From an uncultured Anaerolineales bacterium (lineage in GTDB: Bacteria; Chloroflexota; Anaerolineae; B4-G1): a DNA stretch of 64,000 nucleotides. The DNA is taken from NCBI GenBank assembly GCA_964393895.1, contig CAYMWP010000007.1, positions 81 through 64,080 of the forward strand, given 5' to 3'. A program made the translations under genes and the position numbers. Position 1 is the stretch's first letter. Each line of letters begins with the position of its first letter. The notes beneath the pieces were generated by a model. It was not told the DNA's origin. It ran no database searches and saw only the letters and a list, made by a program, of their open reading frames with translations. Of this stretch, positions 8,645-15,816 are shown piece after piece.

Positions 8645-8796
8645 CACCCGCTGCGCACCCGACCGGGCTAATCAGCGGCAACTTTAACTGCTCCACGCCT
8701 GAGAAAGTGGTAAAAGGCAACCGTCACACGCCAGACCCGCCCGGCGGATGAGCTTTGTCGTTAGCGCGGAACGCTTCGCGTCCCGCGCCGTTAGGT
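8639..8796 (+). repeat. attC site 6 (with conserved hairpin and inner core at 8760)
   Basis: R'' AGCTAAC at 8639-8645, inner GTTAGCG at 8760-8766 and terminal R' GTTAGGT at 8790-8796. Confidence 0.8.
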
Positions 8797-8842
8797 GGCG
8801 TTAATGGTTTGTGGAGCAAACACTCAATAAAAGGAGGCTCCA

Positions 8843-9612
8843 ATGGCAATGACGAGGAAGTTCGATGGATTAGGAGGAGTGATGCTTGTATGGGTCATCG
8901 CGAATTTTCTGGGCGTTGCAGCGATTGGTGTGTCAACTCTTTTCTTTCCGCTTCTACTGCTCATTCCCATTCCTGGCTGGCTATTGGCATCTCTGATGCT
9001 GGGCTTGCCAATCGGGGTTGCTCAATGGATAGTTCTTCGACGTGTTGCTCCGGTTTCGATTCTATGACTCCACTGAAAAAACCAGGTTTTTCAATGGTTT
9101 TATGGGACAGCGTCCCACTTTTGGCTCAAAATTGACGTGTTTGTGGGAATATCTCACCAAAAAACCTGGTTTTTGGGCATTTTATCCCCACCGACGAACA
9201 AACCAACACCTTTTTTCAGGAAAGTCTTCTATGGGTTCTCACTATTACTGCTGGTCTGCTCTTGGGGTTAGTGACTCTTAATCAACTGATACCTGCTGGA
9301 ACTATGGAGTTTCTTGACGATGAGTCTGTTCTCGTATTGACAGCAGATTACACGATTATCGGCCTGCTCGTGGGATTGATTCAGTGGTTGTTCCTACGTG
9401 GTCACTTCAGCAAGTCGTGGGTTTGGGTGTTGGGCGATGGAGTTGGACTGGGACTGGGAACCGGTCTGGTATTAGCCACAAACCTGATCGATCACGGGAT
9501 ACTCTCCATCATACTTGTAACTCTGGTGTACGCTATTGTGACGGGATTAGCCATTTTGTGGTTTTCAGCCTCGCATAGAAAGGCTGAGAGTGATTTGGTC
9601 AACGCCACCTAA
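8843..9612 (+). pseudogene. Repeat-module membrane protein interrupted by a palindromic insertion (cassette 7)
   Basis: The 5' part (8843-9067, RBS AAGGAGG) ends ...GVAQWIVLRRVAPVSIL*. The 3' part is open from 9136 in another frame (…ESLLWVLTITAGLLLG…GLIQWLFLRGHFSKSWVWVLG…) to 9612. Both parts carry the same QW-x-x-LR TM module, which suggests a single ancestral gene. Confidence 0.55.
9062..9216. repeat. MITE-like insertion bracketed by inverted AAAAACCWGGTTTTT copies (boundaries approximate)
   Basis: gaaaaaaccaggtttttc (9073-9090) and caaaaaacctggtttttg (9158-9175) are inverted copies. The segment separates the two halves of the cassette-7 gene and changes the reading frame. Confidence 0.45.
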
Positions 9613-9766
9613 CCAGCCCATGAACCCGACGCCGCTATCGCGGCGCATACCGGGCGGGGCGTCGCGGAAGATACTTGCTGAATTTTCGAGCGTTTCGGGG
9701 CCAAGCCGCGTCGCGGGTTATGGGCGACCGTTAGCGCGGAACGCTTCGCGTCCCGCGCCGTTAGCA
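9607..9766 (+). repeat. attC site 7 (with conserved hairpin and inner core at 9730)
   Basis: R'' ACCTAAC at 9607-9613 (contains the stop TAA at 9610-9612). ctaaccagcccatgaacccgacgc pairs with gcgtcgcgggttatgggcgaccgttag. Inner GTTAGCG is at 9730-9736 and terminal R' GTTAGCA at 9760-9766. Confidence 0.8.
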
Positions 9767-9882
9767 CCGTCGTCTCAACCATTGCAATACTCGCCAATTA
9801 TAGCCTGTTGCGGTAAAATAGTCTGTGTGTGGACCCAAAAATCCATTTGATAATCACAGACACAGACAGGCGGTTAGAATTA

Positions 9883-10869
9883 ATGAATTTACCTCTTTTT
9901 GATACACCTAAGAAACTCGAAGACCACTTTAATCCACAGGCTGATATTGTACTTTATCAGGGAGACGTAAGCGATTTTGTTGCAACCGTTCCTGATAACT
10001 CAGTGAGTCTGATTATTACCTCACCCCCTTATAATCTAGGTAAAGAGTACGAAGACCGTGTTTCCATAGGAAAATATTTGGATACACAAGCGCAGGTGAT
10101 AGCTGAACTCTACCGTGTACTCAGAGCAGATGGTAGTGTTTGCTGGCAAGTAGGTAACTTTGTGGAAAATGGGGAAGTATATCCTTTGGATATTCTTTAC
10201 TATGATATTTTCAAGACGCTAGGCTTGCAGTTGAGGAATCGGATCGTCTGGCATTTTGGACATGGGCTGCACGCCTCCAAACGTTTCTCAGGACGTTATG
10301 AAACAATGTTGTGGTTTACCAAAAGCGATGATTATGTCTTCAATCTTGATACAGTACGTGTGCCTTCCAAATATCCAGGCAAGCGACACTATAAAGGCCC
10401 TAAGAAAGGCAAGTTATCGGGCAATCCTTTGGGCAAGAATCCCTCAGATGTTTGGGAATTTCTGGCCCAGGAATGGGAAGCTGCTTTTTGGGACATTCCA
10501 AATGTGAAATCAAATCACCCAGAAAAAACGATTCATCCTTGTCAATATCCTATTGCACTAATTGAAAGGTGTGTTCTGGCGCTGACTAACGAAGGCGATT
10601 GGGTGTTTGACCCTTACGTAGGAGTAGGAACCTCACTGATTGCTGGCACAATGCACAATCGTCGTGTGATGGGTAGTGAGCAAGAGTCCAAGTATATTGA
10701 TATTGCCCGTGAACGTCTTCAAGCGTACTTCAATGGCGCGCTACCTTATCGTCCTCTTGGTAAGCCTGTTTACCAGCCCACAGGAAGGGAAAAAGTGTCG
10801 CAAATGCCAGAAGAATGGCAAAACGCAACTCAGGGACGGCTACTAGAAGAAAAAGGAAAATATGAATGA
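9883..10869 (+). CDS. Type II DNA methyltransferase, beta-class (N4-cytosine-type SPPY motif) (cassette 8)
   Basis: ATG at 9883 (MNLPLFDTPKK); the ORF-track GTG at 9829 is possible. Motif IV is IITSPPYNLGKEY and motif I is DPYVGVGTSLIAG. It overlaps the downstream endonuclease gene (ATGA at 10866-10869). Confidence 0.85.
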   Translation: MNLPLFDTPKKLEDHFNPQADIVLYQGDVSDFVATVPDNSVSLIITSPPYNLGKEYEDRVSIGKYLDTQAQVIAELYRVLRADGSVCWQVGNFVENGEVYPLDILYYDIFKTLGLQLRNRIVWHFGHGLHASKRFSGRYETMLWFTKSDDYVFNLDTVRVPSKYPGKRHYKGPKKGKLSGNPLGKNPSDVWEFLAQEWEAAFWDIPNVKSNHPEKTIHPCQYPIALIERCVLALTNEGDWVFDPYVGVGTSLIAGTMHNRRVMGSEQESKYIDIARERLQAYFNGALPYRPLGKPVYQPTGREKVSQMPEEWQNATQGRLLEEKGKYE

Positions 10870-11438
10870 AAATCACAGGCATATACTCGTTCAATAACGG
10901 CAGAGAAATCATCGAGGCCAAGTTCGCAGCCGAGTTGCATGACGTAAAGCAAGTCATTGCAGCCGTAGACAGCAAGAGACACAAGACAAAGACCAGCCGT
11001 GAAAAGACTATGCCTGGGAGAAAGTTGTACAGTCCTCGTGCGCTCAACAAGGCTTTCGAAGCAGAGTTTGAAGAAAGGGAATGGCATACTCGTAGAGTCG
11101 CGTGCGATTACCCAACACAATACTATGTTGGTGACTATCAATCAGACGACTCGTTTTCAGGAGCCTTTCGTGAGATGGACTTTGTAAAGAATCGTGTAGG
11201 CGTAGAAGTGCAATTCGGCAAGTATGCCTTTATGGTTTACAATGTCTGTGCCAAGATGACGATATTTCATAAGCTCGACGTGATTGATGTCGGAATCGAG
11301 GTTGTACCAGTCAAAGAGTTTGCGAACGAAATGTCAACGGGCGTTTCGTACTTTGAGCAGTTTGTGTGGGATCTGGAGCAACGCGGGGTTTCTGACATTG
11401 ACATTCCAGTACTCATTCTTGGAATCACCCACAAGTAG
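10866..11438 (+). CDS. BglII/BamHI-like type II restriction endonuclease (cassette 8)
   Basis: 190 aa. MDFVKNRVGVEVQ gives D105-X8-E114-X-Q116, the same spacing as the BglII catalytic triad Asp84-X8-Glu93-X-Gln95 as recalled. It is translationally coupled to the methyltransferase. Confidence 0.7.
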   Translation: MKITGIYSFNNGREIIEAKFAAELHDVKQVIAAVDSKRHKTKTSREKTMPGRKLYSPRALNKAFEAEFEEREWHTRRVACDYPTQYYVGDYQSDDSFSGAFREMDFVKNRVGVEVQFGKYAFMVYNVCAKMTIFHKLDVIDVGIEVVPVKEFANEMSTGVSYFEQFVWDLEQRGVSDIDIPVLILGITHK

Positions 11439-11461
11439 GCCGGATAAAGTAGTGAGTGAGG

Positions 11462-11590
11462 TGCTAACCCCGCATCCACCCGACTTGGCTGAGCGGCGCG
11501 CTTTCCAAGTTTTTCACCCGCATTGGGGTTGGCTGACAGGCGGAGGTGTTCACGCCGCAGCCGCCAAGCGGGTGATGCTAGCCGTTATGC
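11462..11590 (+). repeat. attC site 8
   Basis: R'' TGCTAAC at 11462-11468 and R' GTTATGC at 11584-11590. gctaaccccgcatccacccgacttggc pairs with gccaagcgggtgatgctagccgttat with bulges. It lacks the conserved hairpin. Confidence 0.75.
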
Positions 11591-11618
11591 GGCAAATACA
11601 AAACACGGGAGAATTCAA

Positions 11619-13049
11619 ATGAAAAGCAGACATTTGCTTGTAGCGCTCACTCTAGGATTAGGATTGTCTTTGACTCTGCTATGGTTGCTGAGTGGCAGAT
11701 TGTCCGCCAACGCTGCGCCAGCTGAAGAACTGCGAGTCTGTCTCAATGGATGTTCTTACTCATCTATACAGGCTGCCGTAGATGATGCCAGCAGTGGCGA
11801 TGTCATAAAGGTAGTGGCTGGCATCTACACCGATGTGCATGTGCGTCCCCGCAACGATATTGCCGCGACTGGACTCGTCACACAAGTAGTTTACATCAGT
11901 AAAACGGTGACCATCCAAGGCGGCTACACTACCAATAACTGGACTACACCAGACCCTGAGGCTAACCCTACCACGTTGGATGCAGGAAGCCAAGGCCGTG
12001 TGATCTATATTACTGGAGACATCAGTCCCACGATTGAAGGATTGCGCATTACTGGCGGTGATGCATCCGGGCTGGGTGGCGATGGGTCGTTCTTTGGACA
12101 AGATGCTGGTGGCGGCATCTATATCATCAGCGCGACGGCTATCATCAAGGATAACTATGTGTTCAGCAATACTGCTGAATATGGCGGTGGGATATACCAG
12201 AGTTTGGGTGCAGGCAAAGTAAGCGAGAATACAATTAGCGAGAACTTTGCTTCCGGTGAGGGAGGCGGGGTGGGCCTGTATGAAAGCACCGCCTTGCTTG
12301 ATAACAATCTCATCAGTCACAATACATCTTCCTGGGGAGGTGGGCTTTACCTGCACTCCAGCCCGGCAGCACTCATTGATAATATCATCACTGCCAACGT
12401 GTCTACGGGGCGCGGTGGCGGAGGCCTGTTCTTATGGTGGAGCGACGCTGTTCTGACTGGAAATCGAATCATTTCCAATACATCGCCCTGGAATATTAAC
12501 GGCGGAATACACGTTTTTTCCAGTTCTCCAGCACTGACTAATAATGTAATCGTGGGCAACCAAAGCGGCGGGATACAAATTGAAGGACGCTCAGATCTCC
12601 ACTTGTTGCACAACACCGTTGCCGACAACGGAACGGACGGTATTGGGATGTACGTGACACACTACATTGACTTGTGGGGAACCCCTATGTACGCCTCTGT
12701 GGCGCTGACCAATACTATCTTGGTGAGTCACAGTGTTGCCATCAGTATCACGGGCGGCAACACCGTGACGGTCAATAGTGTCCTTTGGCACAACACGCCC
12801 ATCACTGTTTCGCAGTCCACAACGGCGACTGTCAGCGTGCAGAATCAGCGCACTGGCGATCCAGCCTTCGCTGCTGACGGTTACCATCTGACGATTGGTT
12901 CGGCAGCTATTGACAATGGCGTGGATGCTGGGGTGGTGACGGACATTGATGATGAACCGCGCCCCGCTAGTGTGGGTTATGATCTCGGCGCGGATGAGAT
13001 TTGGCACAGTATCTACCTTCCGCTGATCTCACGCAGCTATCAACCGTAG
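11619..13049 (+). CDS. Secreted right-handed parallel beta-helix repeat protein (cassette 9)
   Basis: ATG at 11619 follows GGGAG. Signal/TM sequence is MKSRHLLVALTLGLGLSLTLLWLL...ANA. It has repeated GGGIY/GGGLYL/GGGLFLW turns and a C-terminal DIDDEPRP...YDLGADE motif. It ends in IYLPLISRSYQP. Confidence 0.8.
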   Translation: MKSRHLLVALTLGLGLSLTLLWLLSGRLSANAAPAEELRVCLNGCSYSSIQAAVDDASSGDVIKVVAGIYTDVHVRPRNDIAATGLVTQVVYISKTVTIQGGYTTNNWTTPDPEANPTTLDAGSQGRVIYITGDISPTIEGLRITGGDASGLGGDGSFFGQDAGGGIYIISATAIIKDNYVFSNTAEYGGGIYQSLGAGKVSENTISENFASGEGGGVGLYESTALLDNNLISHNTSSWGGGLYLHSSPAALIDNIITANVSTGRGGGGLFLWWSDAVLTGNRIISNTSPWNINGGIHVFSSSPALTNNVIVGNQSGGIQIEGRSDLHLLHNTVADNGTDGIGMYVTHYIDLWGTPMYASVALTNTILVSHSVAISITGGNTVTVNSVLWHNTPITVSQSTTATVSVQNQRTGDPAFAADGYHLTIGSAAIDNGVDAGVVTDIDDEPRPASVGYDLGADEIWHSIYLPLISRSYQP

Positions 13050-13081
13050 TATAAGTGAGCGTTCCTCCGTCGAGGGAGGCC

Positions 13082-13210
13082 GCATAACAAGGGCTTCACC
13101 CGACGCCGCTTGCGCGGCTGGTTAGCGGCGGCATTACGCGCTTTGTGGTTGGTTGGTTAGCGAAGGTGTCTTCCACGCAGTCGCGGCGCGGGTGAAGCCA
13201 ACCGTTATGC
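13082..13210 (+). repeat. attC site 9 (last recognisable attC)
   Basis: R'' GCATAAC at 13082-13088 and R' GTTATGC at 13204-13210. cataacaagggcttcacccgacgccgc pairs with gcggcgcgggtgaagccaaccgttatg. Confidence 0.75.
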
Positions 13211-13236
13211 AGATCGCAACAGAAAGGGGAATTGAA

Positions 13237-15699
13237 GTGAAAAAGCGGATGTTCGCAATAGTGGCAACTGTTCTGATCTCGACAACTATGTTACTTGTCC
13301 TTTTCTGCCTGTTGGGGAAGGTCGGCTTTGGTGGTTCCAGCCCGGCGCTGGCCGCTCCACCGCAGATCACCCCGACGGTGTCCTTGGTTGATCCGTCGTC
13401 CGCTCCCAATGACCTCGACACCCTCATTGTCATCACCGGCGGCGACTTTGTCTCCACGCCAGCGGTTTACTTGGGGGATACGTCGCTGGGTGACGTGAGT
13501 TGGGTGAGCAGCACGACGTTGGAGGCATCCGTGCCCTGGGGAATGGGCCCCGACATCTACACTGTCACCATCGCTAATCCCGGCGGGGAATGGGACAAAC
13601 TGCCGAACGCCTTTACCGTGACTCAGGCATTCAACGTATGGACGACGGGCGGGCCGTATGGCGGCGAGATTTGGAGCGTGACGTTGCACCCAGTGACGCC
13701 TACCCGTGTCTATGCCGCGGCTCAGAGCAGCGGTCTCTTTTTCAGCGCCGATGCAGCCGATCAATGGCAGCTCACATTGCTCGCTTCCCCCGTCCATCGG
13801 GCCTCTGTCTCCTTCGACGCCTCCCTGGACGGTGTGATGTACTTTGCCTTCACCGGGGGCGCGGCCATGCTCCGCACTCAGGATGGCGGTGTCAGTTGGG
13901 AGCATGTCCCGGTTCCCAATCCCTTCCTGCACGAGTTCAACCTGGTAGCGCATCCCATCACGTCTGGCGTCGTCTATGCTACGGCCAATGCCTCTATGGC
14001 AAACCCCATAGAGCCAGGCGAGGATGGTGGCATCTACCGCTCTACGAACTGGGGCGACGACTGGATCACCATCACGACCGGTCTGACCGGTACCCACGTC
14101 ACTGCCCTGGCGTTCCATCCAGACGATCCCAACGTCATGCTGGCAGGGACGCGGAATGGTCACATCTTTACCAGCACCAATGGGGGTGATAGTTGGAGTT
14201 GGGCGGCGCAACCGAGCTCTCACGTCGAAAGACTGTATTTCAACCCCACCGGAACCCACGAGGCCTGGGCGGTTACAGCGTCGCCGGTGGCGCACGTTGA
14301 CCCACCTTTATTGTATCGGAGCATGGACGCAGATTTGGGGAGTTGGGAGCCGATCACCGACGCCAAAATGTACTCGCTCGTCTTCCACCCCACTCTCTCG
14401 GGCACGCTGTGGGCATCCGGCGGCAGCGGCTACGTCAGCACAGATGGCGGCGACAACTGGTCGGCGTTGGCGGCGGGGCCGCCGGGCGAGGTGATGGGCC
14501 TGGCGGTAGACCCCGTCAGTCCGACGGTGCTCTATGCGGGGACGCGCCACTATGGGGTATTCAAGAGCACCGATGGCGGCGACACGTGGGTGGGATCGAA
14601 CCAGGGCCTGGCGGGTGTCGTCCCGGATTACATGGCGCTTTCCCCCGACGACTTCTACGAGATGTACGCCTATGCGCACTCGATGGGCCTGCTCAAGAGC
14701 AGCAATGGTGGTGGCTCCTGGCGATCTCTGGATCTGCTCAGGAGTGTTGGCGGCGGGGCGCAGGACCCGTTGGTCGTTGATCCCTTCACGCCGACGCGCG
14801 TTTACCTCGGCGATGCCTGGAGCGTCACGTATAGCCGGACGCTTCCCAGCGTGCAGATCAGCGAGGATAGCGGCGCATCGTGGAGTGTGGTCACCTGGAC
14901 CGTGCCGGGTATGCCCGCCGGATGGAGTGGTGAAACGCTCGCAGTAGCTCCGCACCCCACGCTCTCCGGCCAAATCCTGGCTGGCGTTTCTTTCTTCCCA
15001 CCCAGTGGGGCAGGATTGGCGCTGGGCGGTCTATATTCCAGCACTACTTGTGGTGAAGAGTGGACGGAGCTGGACCTCAACCTGCCCATCAGCGGGGTGA
15101 CTGGGCTGGCATACGCGCCCTCCAACCCAAACGTCATCTACGCTGGCACCGGCGGCACGGGCCTGTTGAGAAGCGTCAATAGCGGCGAGGACTGGGGCAT
15201 CATCACGTCTACGCTTTGGTCGGAGCAGAGTATTGGCGCTATAGCAATCCACCCGGAGAATCCTGACGAGATATACGTCAGCGAATCGGGTACAGTATAT
15301 GTTTCCGACGACGCCGGAATGACGTGGGGGGGCAGGGAAGTGCCGGCATACGTCCAGAGCTTGCTCTTTGCACCGAGCAGCCCACCTGCCCTGTACGCCG
15401 CAGGCAACGGCGGCGTCTACCGGAGCGCAGATGGGCAGACGTGGCACCAAGTCCCTGGTGTGCCGCGTGAGGCAGATGTTCCCTCACTCGCAGCCGGCAG
15501 GGACGGCGAACGTATGGTTGTGTACATTGGCTCCTCGGCGGGGGTGATGCCACCCGAAACACAGCGTGCTGGGCCACTGGGGCTGGCCGACGAACAGGTT
15601 CCCGGCCTGGGAGGATTGATGGGCGGTGGTGTGTATCGAAGAACCACCCTTATCCATCGGGTGTATCTGCCGCTCGTACTCCGAGCCTGCACGCGCTAG
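13237..15699 (+). CDS. Secreted IPT/TIG + BNR/Asp-box repeat protein (sialidase/GH74-like beta-propeller)
   Basis: GTG at 13237 lies 6 nt after AAAGGGGA, and the N-terminus has a TM/signal. There are more than 10 Asp-box repeats (TQDGGVSWEH, STNGGDSWSW, STDGGDNWS, STDGGDTW, SNGGGSWRS, SEDSGASWS, SDDAGMTWG...). It ends in RVYLPLVLRACTR. The ORF-track start at 13153 lies inside attC 9. Confidence 0.8.
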   Translation: MKKRMFAIVATVLISTTMLLVLFCLLGKVGFGGSSPALAAPPQITPTVSLVDPSSAPNDLDTLIVITGGDFVSTPAVYLGDTSLGDVSWVSSTTLEASVPWGMGPDIYTVTIANPGGEWDKLPNAFTVTQAFNVWTTGGPYGGEIWSVTLHPVTPTRVYAAAQSSGLFFSADAADQWQLTLLASPVHRASVSFDASLDGVMYFAFTGGAAMLRTQDGGVSWEHVPVPNPFLHEFNLVAHPITSGVVYATANASMANPIEPGEDGGIYRSTNWGDDWITITTGLTGTHVTALAFHPDDPNVMLAGTRNGHIFTSTNGGDSWSWAAQPSSHVERLYFNPTGTHEAWAVTASPVAHVDPPLLYRSMDADLGSWEPITDAKMYSLVFHPTLSGTLWASGGSGYVSTDGGDNWSALAAGPPGEVMGLAVDPVSPTVLYAGTRHYGVFKSTDGGDTWVGSNQGLAGVVPDYMALSPDDFYEMYAYAHSMGLLKSSNGGGSWRSLDLLRSVGGGAQDPLVVDPFTPTRVYLGDAWSVTYSRTLPSVQISEDSGASWSVVTWTVPGMPAGWSGETLAVAPHPTLSGQILAGVSFFPPSGAGLALGGLYSSTTCGEEWTELDLNLPISGVTGLAYAPSNPNVIYAGTGGTGLLRSVNSGEDWGIITSTLWSEQSIGAIAIHPENPDEIYVSESGTVYVSDDAGMTWGGREVPAYVQSLLFAPSSPPALYAAGNGGVYRSADGQTWHQVPGVPREADVPSLAAGRDGERMVVYIGSSAGVMPPETQRAGPLGLADEQVPGLGGLMGGGVYRRTTLIHRVYLPLVLRACTR

Positions 15700-15816
15700 C
15701 ACAACGTCTTTCGTAGCGGAATTCAGGTGCAACCTACGGGTTTTGTCTGCATCTGCGTCCTGGTTCCGAAAATCGTAATTTGCCGGTATCCAGTTCATAG
15801 ATGAAAGGGAGGCGAA

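Larger units (their letters stand above)
1..13210 (+). mobile_element. Integron gene-cassette array (>=9 ORF cassettes + 2 ORF-less cassettes). intI/attI are not in the window and are predicted beyond the left edge
   Basis: Eleven attC-like sites on the + strand, each RYYYAAC...GTTRRRY with internal imperfect dyad symmetry. All cassette ORFs lie on the + strand. The extension of each R' is the reverse complement of the extension of the next R'' (9-13 nt exact at 7 junctions). The segment is visibly AT-richer than the DNA after 13.2 kb. Confidence 0.85.

Noticed and set aside
9042-9281. 79-aa ORF spanning the palindromic insertion in cassette 7
   Set aside because: It is read across the inverted AAAAACCWGGTTTTT copies, has no RBS, and its sequence is implausible. 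It is interpreted as insertion DNA.
1-13210. Integron integrase (intI) within the window
   Set aside because: No tyrosine-recombinase-like ORF occurs on either strand. From the attC orientation it should lie upstream of position 1. From this window alone, the array cannot be classed as a complete integron or as a CALIN.
15750-15770. tctgcat, a partial match to the expected R'' extension after the BNR gene
   Set aside because: It is not followed by AAC, and there is no dyad symmetry or downstream GTTRRRY partner.
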